64,000 nucleotides of DNA, from the NCBI RefSeq assembly GCF_026571515.1, contig NW_026862271.1, forward strand, positions 1-64,000. Direction: 5' to 3'. Under the pieces are notes generated by a model. The model was given only the letters and a program-made list of their open reading frames with translations. It searched no databases and had not been told where the DNA came from. This document shows, piece after piece, positions 38,767 through 52,978 of the stretch. The stretch's first letter is position 1; each line of letters begins with the position of its first letter. This stretch comes from Ruditapes philippinarum. Its lineage: Eukaryota. The translations under genes and the position numbers were made by a program.

Positions 38767-41700
38767 ATGGCGTGGTGTTCGAAAGACCTGTTTCCTACAA
38801 AGATGAGCTTTGTTTATTTCATATCTTATATGGGACTTTTTATAAATCAAGGTTTGTTTCCATAAGTAACATATTTCCGCGATGTTCGTTTTGTCTTTCT
38901 CTTGGTTACTAGGACTTTGAATAAAAATGATATATTCTATGCTACCAGAGATTTGCGACGCTAAGCATTTGCCGAGGTGACTTACAATGAAAAAATCAAA
39001 GCACCCGGTACTTACCCGTTTAAAGTCTTATTTCCTGTTAATCTTGATCAATTGTACATGCAAAATCTGCAACAACGGGAAAGTGAATAATAAAACTGAA
39101 ATCAAATGTTTGTAGACTGATCAACTCAGAATATCTTAATGTTTAAACAGCATAGAATTTTAACCTGTTGCATCAAAAAAAATCCAATATGTATCATAAT
39201 TCATTTACATGTTTGCATTCTCCCTCCCTCAAACAAACTGGTCTCAGACTCCCTTTACTTTGCTGCACACAATAGCTCTGTCAATCAAATCACTGTGAGG
39301 AGTTTGCCTCCTGTGCATGTTTTAATGATACAGAGTGGACTTCAATAGAATGATGACATCCTTAATTCCTTCCTTAACATGCGAGACAATTAGATATAAT
39401 AAACACCTTTAGATTTCTTACTTTCTTATATATAGTACTCCCCGCGGGTACCGCGTCCTGAATCCGGGTCAGCTCGGCCCTAAAACATACTCGGCCCCCG
39501 AGTCAGCTCGGCCCTATTCCAACTCGGCACGGGTCAACTCGGCCCACTTTTAAATATGGGTAAAAGACATCAAAGGACTCCTATTGTCAAGGGGTATTAT
39601 TATCAATCAATGTGTATGTTAAGGATACCGATTAATTAGGTGATAATTATGATTGACTCATTCATTCAAATTTGATTAGACCACCTGCAATTAATTAGAA
39701 GCTAATGCTATTAAGTAAACACGTTTTTGTTTCATATTTTTTTGAAAATTACTTTACAAATTTTTTAATTTCATCGAATCTGCAAGACAAATAAATAACT
39801 TTTTTTCTAAATATACTTTATTTCGGCAGAGGTACAATGTATAATTATATAAAAATAATAATAATAAGATATTTCTTATTATTCATTTACCTTAACAACA
39901 TGCAAAGCAAAGTAAAAACGTTATATAGGCCTATATATTTTTGTAAAGTGGGCCGAGTTGACCCGTGCCGAGTTGACCCGTGCCGAGTTGGTATAGGGCC
40001 GAGTTGACTCTTTTCCCCGCGTCCTTGCCCATTCCGGTGCAATCAGAAAATGTGTTTCTTTATTCACTGAACGCGACCAATCGAATGTTTCCACCATTAA
40101 AGTGAAAGTGGAAGTGCTGATTTTTTGAATTTGGATAAAAAATGTTCGAAATATTTTCATTTAAAATAAATTTCTGTCATTGATAGGAAAATCCAAAGCT
40201 GCCCAAGTGTGTTGGAAATACTTTTTTATTTTATCCCATATTTACCGGTAAAACTGAAAATTTCCTGTTCTGACAAATAAAGGTCGTCTTCTGAAACTGC
40301 AGTGATGTCATATTCTGTTGAAAAAATTCTACTGATTCCAAAATGGGCCATCAATTTACATACCACGGTACCATAGTGCTCTCCGTTTAAGCTCCCATTC
40401 AAAACATGACTTAATGACCATATATGTTTCTAATTTAAATCATTGAATTATTCTATGAATGACATGTGTATTTTAAACTCAAGATGCGATAGTTAAACAT
40501 AATTTAATAAAATAGTAAATACAAGTTCTTTTCATGTGTAAAATTTGCTGGAAATAATAAGAACAGTGGTACCATAGGGGACCATCCTAAATTTATTTAT
40601 CTAGAAAAGAAAATAATTAGAATAAAAAAATGCCTGATTTTACTGCTAGTATAAAATTAAATTATTGTATGACTTTATATTAGTCAAATATATTGACATG
40701 AAAGATTCTAGAGATATAAAGATATGTTTGTTCTGGGTCAGAATCTCAGATATTGTCCATATACAGAAATAGCACAATATCTCATTACGTAGTACAATTA
40801 GTTGCACCAGACTTTTTTACCTGATTTTTTTCTAATTGTTAATGCTCATGAACTGAAAATGGCACTGATAATTTCTTTGATATGTATATACAGTGGTCTG
40901 TCTAGCAACTTGGCAGTTTGAGCGACTTAGTCACCTAAAGTTTCTGAACTTTGCTTAGTTTGAAGATCAAAGTGAAATGACATTTCACTTTTACTTACCA
41001 CATGTACAGATGTTTACAGAATATATGCTTGTCATCATCTCTGGGTGTAACTTAAACTTGATTGGTGATACATAGTTGCTGATAAAAGTTGACTGCAATT
41101 AAAATATATGTGACATGATATGCAGCTCCATTGGACATTGTGCCCTTGTGCTGATGTAAATATTGCAGCTAATTAAACATAATTTATATGACACCTGTCC
41201 TGCCACTTTATAATCGGCAAATTTAAAAATTTTACATACTCAATTGGTCTTACCATATTTAAAAGTAACTACACCCTATGTCATAGCGACCTTTGCTAAT
41301 TTAAATGCATAGGCTCAGGGTTTTCAACAGTATTTGAGATGATTAAAGATGGCAAATTCTATTGGAAGGAATTTTGGAGTAAAAAAAAGAACTTAACATT
41401 TTTTCACATGATATATAAATTATTTAAATATGAAAAAAAAATCTTTTATTCTATTTTATGCACACTGAGTAATAAGCAGACAAACCATGTGTAAACTACA
41501 AATTGTCAGACTCACTGAAATTTAGTGACACAACATGCAACAGTTTTACTTCACCTTTGATGCTAAAAAAGCTTATGACTATAGGAACGTATATTCCCTC
41601 AGACTACTTGACTTCATTCACAGATCATATTATACTTTGGCCTTATACACACAATTTCCTCAATACAAGAGTAATTTACATAACAAAACCAGATTATGTA

Positions 41701-44700
41701 GATGGTTGGGTGAGTGCTACTATTAGCGAAGTACCTAGTGAGCATTTGATTGTACCAGTATATAACTCAGTCAAAATCTTTAACATACAAATTGGTAAAA
41801 ATAAGTAGTGACCTATATGATCAATCATATTAAGATCATATTCTTGTAATAATACAACAATAACATTTTATCAACACTCACAGGTAAAAAAAAATAATCA
41901 GGTGTAAAGTAACTGTTATGAATCTTGGAAGCTATTCACCCATTATTTTCTTCTTTGTGTGTTGTAATGTAAGTTGAAATTTAAAACTTTGGAAATATAT
42001 TATAATTAAATTTGCTTAATTTATATGTAACTAATTATGATTCATTTATTGTCTTAACACAACATATGCACTTGACACTGGTAATGGTCAAAACAATGGT
42101 AAACATACATGTATGATAATCCGACTCTTTTATATTTATAAATTTCTTTATTTCTTATTGAATATTGAGAAATTACAGTGTGTTTTATCACAGTATCATA
42201 ATGGCATATCCAAATGCTTTTGTATAAAACATAGATATTTTCTATTCTTGTAAAACAAATGAAATTTTACACCATGCAGCCTTGTTTGAGATTTTTATGT
42301 TTATTCATTGACAGGTATACTGGTTACAGCTTCAAAGTCAAAGAACAATACATACAGTTACAATACCGTGACAGTGGTACTGTTGACAGAATGTATTAAA
42401 TTGGTTGCAGCTATTTTGATTTATCTGAAAGAGTAAGTACAATTTTAGACTAATATTTCATTCATACATGTATTATTTTAAAACAAAAAATATAAAATCA
42501 TGTACTAATGAAATGTTTCTGGCTTTTATACCAATTTTTACCCACTTTTTGATCATCTTGATAGACAGTCCAGCTAACCAGATTTCCTTGATAACTAACC
42601 AGTAATTGCCAATTTCTCTGCTAGTGACTTCAGATATGAAGTTATGCAAGTGAGTTATACTTTAATGTTTCAGCCTCAGGCTTTTCTGTTGGCTGTGTAG
42701 GCTATCCATGATCAAAAATAGTTAAATGGATACAGTTGACTGGAATTGATATCATCATTTATAGCGCCTTACATAACCTGATGTTCCACGCTTACATTAA
42801 CGTCACTTCCGACTTTACATTGTTTCTGTTGTTTACTCTATATATGATTGTTGATCAGTAAAGGTTGAATCTGGAAACTGCAACGCATTTTGTTTAGTTA
42901 TTATACACCCCCACAACAGTCATACCATTGTACTTATACTAAGTATATTCTAAGTATATTCTTTTAACATTTTAGGAAATCCCCATCATCGTTTGTTAGT
43001 GACTTTGTCAATAATAAAGAAAGTAAGTATTTGCTATTTCATGCTTTGATAAAGAGATAAAGAACTTGTAAAGTTAATGTATATTTTTTGTCCTGTTAAT
43101 AGTATTACTGCCCTCAGGTACTTAATTATCAATTATTTTAATAAATCTTTGAATTGAAAATACTTTTCTGGTAAGATAATTGTGTCAAATTATCAATTAT
43201 AAATATAATTTGATCGTCATGTCTGTAAACAAAATTTATATTTATTTAATAGAGGATATTGAATGATGGTAGGTTTAATACATAATTTATTGGACAAGTT
43301 GAATAAAATCATATTATGTGAGTCTCTTTGAGCATAATATTGTTTTATTCAACAAGTTCAATAAATTTGGTATTGAATCTACACAAATATAATATTCTAA
43401 TAATCACATATATAAATTAAGAAGGGTAAATAGGGTGTTAAAAAAGGTCCTTTTTTATGCCCCCCTCCCCCTGAAGGGCGGCATATTCAACTCGCACCGT
43501 CTGTCTGTCTGTCTATGCATCCCCACTTCATTAGTGTCCGGTCTGTAACTTTGTCATACATTGAGAGATTTTGAAATAGCTTGGTGCAAATGTCTACTAC
43601 ATCAAGACGATGTGTCTGTCGCGTCTAAGGATTCGACCCTACCTCAAAGGTCTAGGTCACACTAACATTTTGAAGTTTCACTTTATCACAATAAGAGTTT
43701 ATAGGTACACACATTTGTGTCCGGACTGTAATTTTGTTGTGCATCGAAGGATTTAAAATATCAAGGCTTAAATGTTTACATCGTCCAAGACTCATGTCCC
43801 TACCTTCAAGGTCAAGGTCACACTTACAGTTTAAAGGTACTCATTCTTTCGAGAAGAGTTTGAAGATACACAATCAAGTCTGGACTATAACTTTGTCATT
43901 CATGGAAGGATTTAAAAATAACTTGGCACCAAAGTCTACCACATCAAGATGATGTGTCTCAGCTAATGCTCATGTCTGTCTGTCCATCCATCCATGTATC
44001 CCCACTTACACAACAATCATGTCCTGACTGTAACTTTGTAATGCATTGAGGGATTTTGAAATAACTTGGCACAAATGTCTATCACATGACAACATTGTGT
44101 CGCGTCCAAGAACCACGTCCCTTCTTCATAGGTCAAGGTACACTTACTTTTGAAGGTTCATGCTATCACAATTAGAGATAATAGGTACACACATTCGTGT
44201 CCGGACTGTAACTTTGTCATGCATCGAAGGATTTTAAAATAACAAGGCATAAATGTCTACCACATCAAGATGACGAGTGTATGTAAGACCCATGTTCTAC
44301 CTCCAAGGTCAAGGTCACTTTAATAGTTTGAAGGTACTGATACTCATCAGAAAAGTTGAAGGTACACATTAGTTTCCAAACTGTAACATTGTCATGGATT
44401 AAAGGATTTTAAAATAACTTGGCATAAATGTCTACCACATGAAGATGATGTGTCACATCCAAGACCCTTGTCCCAAGGTGTTAAGTTTGCTATAAATAGC
44501 ACTTCATTTCACAACAATTAGTTACTTTCATTCTCATTTCTTTTCATAATACCTGCATGCTTAAAAAACCTTTTCGGAGGCATTCGTCATTGTGTGACAG
44601 CTCTTTTTATTGAATGTCTTTATTACACTCCTGTGCTTCAGTTTATATGATTGAAACTGATCAAAATATTTTCAACTGAAGAAATGCATACACCCAGATC

Positions 44701-47700
44701 AGTCTTTAATATTCAACACCTTTTATTACTTGATTTGTGAGATCACAAATATTTACTGACGCATTATTATGAATATACCTTAAAATAATTCTGGAAATAA
44801 TCGGATAGCCAATTGATAAAACTGTTTACACAGGAAAGGTCTATTTGCATCCATCTTGTAATAAGCTGTTATTGCACTAATGATTTTTATGTTATAGAAA
44901 TACATGTAATTGTATATTTCAGCATTACTGTACTATTTTGTACCAGCTGGTCTGTACTGTCTATATAACAACCTTCAGTTTGAGAATCTAGCTAACTATG
45001 ACCCAACCACATACTACCTTCTTCTACAGTTCAGGGTGGTTGTTACTGGAGTTGTCTTTCAGGTAAGTCAATTTATTTACTTGTTGTTTTTTTGTCAGGA
45101 ACAATTTCAGGAGTATGGAGTATTATAATCTGTAAACTTTTCTATTTTTGCAGACTCTTTTGCAAAATACTTTAATCAAACTTTATCAAATGGTGCATGT
45201 AAAAACAGTTTGATTGTGTCTATATTATATTTTTGGTGTGAATATGTTTACCTGTTTAAAAATCCTTATTAGTCCCCTACCGGTTTAACCGGAGGGGACT
45301 TTAGATTTACCCTCCGTCTGTCTGTCAGTCCGTCAGTCCGTCCGTCCACAAAACTGGATCCCGCGATAACGCAAAAAGTACTGAAAATATTTTTATGAAA
45401 CTTGATATATGGATAGATGGCAGTATGGAGATTATGCACGTCTTTTTTTTTCTTCCTATGTTGAAAATTCTGGTTGCTATGGCAACAAATAGTCTGAAAA
45501 TATGGCAAATTTAACACATAAACTGGATCCAGTGATAACTCAAAAAGTACTGAAAATATTTCTATGAAACTTGAAATATGGGTAGATGGCAGTCTGGAGA
45601 TTATGCACATCTTTTTCTTTTCTTCTTATGTTGAAAATTCTGGTTGCTATGGCAACAAATAGCCTGAATTTCAAGATTTCTGATTTAAATTTTTCAGCTT
45701 TTTCACTATATGTTCTTTATTTCTTAAGGTGTTTACTTCAAACTTTAAATATAAGTTTCTGGTCATCAACCACATCATATGTGACAAGGTTTATAACTCT
45801 AGCACAAAAAATATCAGTATTACCTCCCTTGAACTTAGATTTTTAGGGGAAAAAATGTTGTCTTTTTTAAATAACTTCTTTATTTCCTAATGTATCTACT
45901 TCAAACTTCATATATATGTTTCTTATTAACACTCAACATTTTTGAGAAGGTTAAATACTCTAGCAAGACTATTTCCAGAATTATGTCCCCCTTGAACTTA
46001 GATTTTTTTCGAGAAACTGGTATTTTCACTCCAACTTCTTCATTCCTTATAGGATTTACTTTAAAATCCCACATCGTAATAATATGACAAGGTTGTATAA
46101 ACATAATTTCCTTACTAAGCATGGAAACTTAACACATTACTGTGATATAGACAAACTTATTTTATTATGTTTTGTGGTCGATATTTTCAAATACAGACTT
46201 CATCCTCAAATTCATTATAAATGGCAATACACAGGAGTGTATGACAATTAAAGAACTTTTTGAGGGACCGGTAGGGGACTACTGTATTGCCCGCAATACT
46301 ATCAAATGCTTGTTAAGTAAGTTTTGTACATGTGATTATGGACAACATTATTCAATTTTTCTTATTCTTGTTTTTTTCGTAACAAAATATATCAGTCCCT
46401 CATGAAAAAAACTTAGATTGTAGTACACATAGATCAAAGCTTTAATTTTCCAAAATCGTGGCCAAGTGGTTAAGGCTGTTCACTTCAAACCACTTGCATC
46501 TGCCCACTGTGGTTTTGAATTCTCGATAGGTACTTTGGATTCTTTGATGTGAGGAAACTATCCAACTAAAATGGGGAATGTCAGTGATTCTACTCACTGT
46601 ACCCGTTCCTGCCTGAACTAATGCACGGAAGGGCACTTGAGGTATTCCACCACCAGTAATGCTGGAAATTCGCTATTTGACCTATACTTTGTTGGTGAGA
46701 CATAAAACCTAACCATCCAACATGGTAAGGCTTCATGTTAATTCATGTTATATAAGAAAGTTTCAATCTGTGTTATTTTTGGAGATTTGCTAAGATGGAA
46801 TGTTTGATATGATTATAACACATATATGTGAGAAAGTTGAAATGATGATCTTTTTAATTTTTCTTTTTTTTTTCCAGATTGTATTTCAGAAACAGTTAAG
46901 TCGTATACAGTGGGTATCTCTAGTATTTCTCACATTTGGCTGTATAGTAAAGGAGTATGGTAGACTAACTGGTAGTGGTACAGCTGCTGATGCAACTAAA
47001 GAAACTTCATTCCTTAATCTACATCTATTCTTAATCCTTGTTCAGGTAAATTTTATAAATTTTTCAGCAAATGTAGAAATGGGTTTTCATAACTGTTTTT
47101 TTTTCCCCAAAAGAAAAAGCAAAAAAAAGAATAAAATTCATCCTTATTATGTCTCTTGCCTATGAGGACATCAAGACAACCAAACAGTGTAATAAAAAGT
47201 GTATTAATGTACTAATTTGATTACGAATTTTCATATCATGAAAGTCTGGCTCAGTTTCATTTCTAGCGCCTTCTTGAAATTTCATATAAATTATATAACA
47301 GGGTACATACAGTCTTAAAAAGGTCTTAAATGTCAGCCCCTTTCTTAAAAGTGCTTAAAAATGAAAAATAATATCCTTCAATTTGCTTTATTTCTAAAAA
47401 AGTGCTTGAAAAGTACTTAGTTAATATCTGAAAAGGTGCTTGTAAATGAAAAGGATGACATATTCTTGGTTAGAAAAGATATAGTTTCAACAAACAATCT
47501 CATTTAGTATTAAAGTTAAAAAATAAAATAAATGTTTGCTCACAATTATTGGTTACAGCTAGTGTGTGTATGACAGTACCATTATAAGTTACTTGATCAT
47601 TGATATTTGTTTGACACAAAAGCTTGAAAAATCATAAAAAAAAGAGTTTAAAAATGCTTGAATTTTGGCATTGAATGTCTGTATGAACCCTGTTTAAACT

Positions 47701-48296
47701 TTATGCTATAGAGCCACTGTTACATAATTTTACATTACATGCTAGTTTTCAGTGACTTTTGAGAGGCATTTGTTGTAATTTAATTGTTTGGTAATCATTT
47801 CATTTTTGTATTTCAGGTGTTCTGTTCATGTTTTGCTGGTGTGTACAATGAATATTTACTGAAGGGACGTGGTGTAGACATTCATATCATGATGCAGAAT
47901 GTATTTATGTACTTGGACTCGATCGTCTGCAACGGGCTTATTCTTGCATACAAAGGACAGCTTACCGACGCATTCACTGCATCAAGCCTTAGTTCAATTT
48001 TCCAAATTAATGTTATATGTATAATGCTGAACAACGCAGCTATTGGTATTGTCGTGAGTCTATTTTTACGATCTCTCAACTCCATTCTCAAGACATTTGC
48101 TAGTGCTTTAGAACTGATGTTTACAGCAGTATTGTGTTGGTTCCTATTTGGTATAACTATAGATGTTTATACAATCATTGCTATTGTTATTGTGTCGGCA
48201 GCCACCTTCCTGTATGCTCACAACCCTGTGGTAAATGTACCAAAAGATGAAACTCAAGACAAAGAGAAGGCAAATGGGAAATCTGAAACAGTTTAG
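38767..48296 (+). CDS. senju: SLC35A-family nucleotide-sugar transporter, UDP-galactose transporter senju-like, 345 aa; exons 38767-38851, 42315-42432, 42976-43022, 44923-45062, 46878-47045, 47817-48296
   Basis: Six GT-AG exons splice to a 1038-nt open frame. Motifs LFPTK..LFINQGILVTAS..YNTVTVVLLTECIKL, VPAGLYCLYNNLQF, FAGVYNEYLLK and LNSILKTFASALE are typical of SLC35A/senju. Confidence 0.92.
39460..40016. mobile_element. Mutator/MuDR-type MITE in senju intron 1
   Basis: 9-bp TSD CCGCGTCCT (39451-39459, 40017-40025) and inverted arrays of AACTCGGC / GCCGAGTT. Confidence 0.85.
43452..44605 (+). mobile_element. HINE with internal tandem repeats, inserted in a palindromic repeat (~43250-43400)
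   Basis: TTTTATGCCCCC..GGGCGGCATA start, (CTGT)n tract, repeated units, and a 3' GGCATTCGTCA..TGACAGCTCTT hairpin. Confidence 0.75.
45266..46313 (+). mobile_element. HINE
   Basis: TTATTAGTCCCCTACCGG..GGGGACT start, (GTCC/GTCT)n tract, ~170-bp duplicated unit, and a subterminal inverted CCGGTAGGGGACTA near the 3' end. Confidence 0.75.
46455..46712 (+). mobile_element. tRNA-derived SINE with Meta-type core
   Basis: A-box GTGGCCAAGTGG and core ATGTGAGGAAACTATCCA...ATGCACGGAAGGGCAC..GCTGGAAA. A second partial copy lies at ~58410-58580. Confidence 0.65.
47299..47692. mobile_element. hAT-like MITE
   Basis: TIRs CAGGGTACATACAG / CTGTATGAACCCTG. No clear TSD. Confidence 0.5.
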
Positions 48297-48498
48297 TTCT
48301 TTTAGAATTGAACTCTGTTTCAATGGACATGTAAAATAATGTGGTATAATGACTGAACAAACTTTATTTATTGAATTTGGGCTCTAAATTCTATTAGAAA
48401 TATAACATAAACAAGGAGAAGTTTATGATGAGGGGGCTTTAACTTTTTTCTATCATTTATGTATATTTATTCATATTTGGGAATGTACAGTTACACTG

Positions 48499-50758
48499 CA
48501 GTCAAACGTGTATTAAGCGACCGGGTAAGGGAAGCACCCAAAACGGTCGCTTAATGAAACGGTCTCTTAAGACAGCATGATATAAAAGTCAAAATTTATA
48601 AATGACATCTTTTTAGCTCACCTGTCACAAAGTGACAGGGTGAGCTTTTGTGATCGCTTTTCGTCCGTCGTCCGTCCGTCCGTAAACTTTTACTTTAAAT
48701 GACATCTCCTCATAAATCACTTGGCCAATTTCATCCAAACTTCACAGGAATGTTCCTTTGGTGGTCACCTTTAAAAATTGTTCAAAGAATTTAATTCCAT
48801 GCAGAACTCTGGTTGCCATGGCAACCGAAAGAAAAAACTTTAAATATCTTCTTTTAAAAAACCCTAAGAGCTAGAGCTTAGATATTTGGCATGAAACATC
48901 TTCTAGTTAGTGTCTACCAAGTTTGTTCAAATAAAAGCCCTGGGGTCAAAATTGGCCCCGCCCCAGGGGGTCATTGATTTTCCCTATATGCATATAGTAT
49001 AAACTTAAAAAATCTTCTTTTAAAAAACCCTAAGAGCTAGAGCTAAGATATTTAGCATGAAACATCTTCTAATGAGTGTCTACCAAGTTTGTTCAAATAA
49101 AAGCCCTGGGGTCAAAATTGGCCCCGCCCCAGGGGGTCATAGATTTACCCTATATGCATATAGTAAAAACTTAAAAAATCTTCTTTTAAAGAACTCAAAG
49201 AGCTAGAGCTAAGATATTGAGCATGAAACATCTTCTAATGGGTGTCTACCAAGTTTGTTCAAATAAAAGCCCTGGGGTCAAAATTGGCCCCGCCCCGGGG
49301 GTCATTGATTTTCCTTATATGTGTATAGCAAAAACTTAAAAACTCTTCTTTGAAAAAACCCAAATAGCTAGAGTTAAGATATTAAGCATCAAACATCTTC
49401 TAGTGAGTGTCTACAAAGTTTGTTCAAATAAAAGCCCTGGGGTCAAAATTGGCCCCGCCCCGGGGGTCATTGATTTTCCTTATATGTGTATAGCAAAAAC
49501 TTAAAAACTCTTCTTTGAAAAAACCCAAAAAGCTAGAGTTAAGATATTAAGCATCAAACATCTTCTAGTGAGTGTCTACAAAGTTTGTTCAAATAAAAGC
49601 CCTGGGGTCAAAATTGGCCCCGCCCCGGGGGTCATTGATTTTCCTTATATGTGTATAGCAAAAACTTAAAACTCTTCTGTGAAAAAACCCAAATAGCTAG
49701 AGTTTAGATATTAAGCATGAAATATCTTCTAGTAAGTGTCTACAAAGCTTGTTCAAATAAAAGCCCCTGGGGTCAAAACTGGCCCCGCCCCAGGGGTGTC
49801 GTTGTTTTTTAACTATATGTGTATAGTAAAAACTTAAAAAATCTTCTTTTGAAAAAACCCAATGAGGTAGAGCTTAGATGTTTAGCATGAAACATCATCT
49901 TATGGGTGTCTACCAAGTTTGTTCAAATAAAAGCCCTTGGGTTAGAATTGGCCCTGCCGTGGGGGGGGGGAGAGGCCTATATACAGGTGAGCGACCTCAG
50001 GGCCATCATGGCCCTCTTGTTTATTCGGTGGGATTGTTTTTCAACTTCAAATTTATATAAATGTTGAAAAAAAGTACGCTCCGATAATCTAAATGGATGC
50101 AAATGTAAAAAATAACTTTCTGGTATTTATTGACAAAACAGTTTCAAGATCCATTACGTACATGTTTGACATTTTTCCAGAATTTTTTAACTTCTCCGTT
50201 GTTTTTCCTTATCTCCAACGCGAAAATCCTATTAGTGAAGATTGTTTTCTGTTGTGCTTTTTTTTCATTTCAAATAAACAAACTACATCTATTTGTTACG
50301 ATAAATTTAATGGCTGATCAAGTTCAAGGTCAATTCAATGCAGTCTAAATGTCAACAAGCGAAGCGCATACACCATCGCAGTATGGGCGGAGCGTTGCAT
50401 TGTTTATCCGATATTATTGGATAATAGACGTCACGCGTATACTTAACTTCATTTGCATACGCTGAAACAGTATGGGAAATAGAGTTTTTCACACGTTTAT
50501 TGTTGTGTTTTGATTGTTGACACTTGTGACATAACGAGGTGGCGTTCTCTAAAAACACAATTACTTGACAGGTAAAAGTGGTCGTTTAATGAAAAGATTG
50601 ATGTCAATTAGGTGACTAATTAGCGGTCGCTGGTCGCGTTGAGCAAAAGTCGCTTAATACATTAAAGATATAGAGAGAAAATGATCGGGGGGAATTTAAA
50701 GTGGTTGTTTAAGACAAAAGTCGCTTAATACACGTGGTTGCATGGGCAAGTTAGACTG
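48499..50758. mobile_element. pogo/Tigger-like MITE interrupted by a HINE
   Basis: CAGTCAAAC...GTTAGACTG|TA ends and repeated TTAAGCGAC/GTCGCTTAA motifs. Confidence 0.6.
48610..50021 (+). mobile_element. HINE/pearl-like element with 7 x ~165-bp tandem array
   Basis: TTTTAGCTCACCTG..GGTGAGC start, (CGTC)n tract, units marked by TTCAAATAAAAGCCC at ~165-bp spacing, and 3' CAGGTGAGCGACCTCAGGGCCATCATGGCCCTCTTGTT. Confidence 0.9.
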
Positions 50759-51766
50759 TAGTATCTTGTGCAACATTTATTTGAACCATTTTATGATTGT
50801 TCAGGTATCATTTTGCTTTTTTAAGTGACATTATGCCCATCCAAGTGTGTACGGTAAGTAAACAGGTGAAAGTAAAAATGAGTTTATATTTTGCCTTATT
50901 TTTTTCAGTTTTATAATTTATTTGGCATAACCAGTAAATAACTCAACTTGTTGAAGGAAATTTTAGTAAAATACTCATCGGAATGTACCTGTAATGTTCA
51001 ATTTATAAAAAAAAAGGGGGGCAGTATTTTTATATTTTAGGCAGATTTATATTTTATCCTAAACATTTTCCAATATCAATTTTTGGTCAATCACCATTTT
51101 AACAAGATATGGTCAATCCAGCACAAATTGACAATGAAAATTTGAGCATAATGTCACTTTAATGTAAAAAACTTCTGCAGTTACATTAGATGGTGAAAAT
51201 ATCATTGTAACAAAGAGTGTCTGTGATGTTGATTTTTAATTTTATGATAATGTGCTCAATTAAAAAAGAAAAACAACAATAATGTATATTAGTACATTTC
51301 AGCTGACATAAAAGAAGTTGATGTTTGATCTTATTGGTGGTCCAATAGGATTACAGCATTTCAAATGAATCGTAACACATTTGCTTTGGTAAATCAGCTA
51401 GTAAATTGACTGTTTATAAAAATAATTTCAAGCACTAAATTGGTTAGTGTTTGCAGGTGTTCTTAACTAATTTAATTTTGTAAATGCTTACTAATAAACA
51501 CTAACCTATACTTAAAAGTAAACAGATATCCAATGTGTTTAAGTTTTTAAAAACTTAATAAATCTAGATAAAAGCAATTGATGTTTGTAAATCAGTTGTT
51601 GTAGAATGTGTCTTGTTCACCATCACTATAACACAAATATAAATTTTGATAAGAATGTAGCATAAGTTTTGTTAAGAAAGTAATACAGGTGAACTACATG
51701 AAAATCTTGCTTGTGCGGTTCCATTTAAATTGATTGAATATTACTATTGTAGGCTTGTAGCCTTAA

Positions 51767-52807
51767 AGGCCCAACTGGACTATAAAAGCCAGCAGATGGC
51801 GCTAGGGCAGGTTTCTTATTAATTTTATGCATGCTTCACTTCAGGGACCCTTTTTCAAAGATTTAAGATTAATTACCAAATGCATTTAAACAACACTTGG
51901 CATGTATGTAGGCATAGGTATTCTTGATATAGATTGACCAAAATTATTCAAAATAAAACTTTGTTGAGTGTGTTTCTGGAAAAAAATACTGGCTGTCAAA
52001 TTTGAAATTTGAATTTCCATGGGAGGAGCCAACTGATCATTACAGGTCATGAACCTTCAGTAGTAAACAGATGCACGTCGGCAGTGTTTATTTCAGTGAG
52101 AGAGATTTGTAGCAGACGATATATATTTCAGGGAGGAGATTTTCAGCAGACGACACATTCGAATGCTGAATACATGATAAGAAAAAAACAATAACTTTTA
52201 CTGATCTTACTTTATCAAAAAGTATTTATATCCAACAAATTTACAATAATCCATTAATCTATGATTTTTTTTTAAATTTCAAAGTACTGATTCAACGTGT
52301 ATTTAAATGGTTTAAAACTTCATGAAAACAGTAAAAAGTAACTTCCCAGGTATATTTCATTTACACTATACTTATTTTTTGTAAATATCTTGGGTAGTCA
52401 AAATTACATTTCACAAATGTTTATTCATTTGTATAAATTTTTATATATTAATAGTTTAAAAATATTTTAAATTCCTGCTCAAGATCATTTTTAGCAGTTT
52501 TTCTTTAAAAGAAATGTCCCATGTAAGGCACATCCTTTGGATTTGGACATAGTTGTCTGACTTGATGAAAAACAACTGACTTCAAAAGTAATATCTGGAC
52601 AAGATGGCTTGATAATGTCTTTTAATTAATCTGATTAATCTGTGAGTTATATAAAACATCCATTAAACCTCTCCTGTGTAAAATCAGCTCTCTCTGCAGG
52701 TTAACACTGCATTCTATTTTTAGCTCATGGTTTATAACAGACAGTTTTACATCACTGATTAGTCACACCCACAAATACTCGCTGCCGCGGCAGCGAATGT
52801 TGCCCCT
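51767..52807. mobile_element. Kolobok-type non-autonomous element
   Basis: TTAA|AGGCCCAAC ... GTTGCCCCT|TTAA, with a subterminal palindrome CGCTGCCGCGGCAGCG. Confidence 0.6.
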
Positions 52808-52978
52808 TTAAGTTTAGAAGCATTGTGTGTCATTTTCTTTTAAAGATAAGATTTAAAGTGTTTAAAAGACATTTTAATTTATTGCTTTATATCGTAAATT
52901 TTGAAAGGTCATTTAGATGAATGTTTGCAATAGCAAATGTTTTTACTGATTTTTTGCTGACTCAATTTTTGTTTGTGT

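Noticed and set aside
45269-46405. Cluster of ORFs in senju intron 4 (also 53957-55352)
   Set aside because: They lie within HINE repeats and are non-coding.
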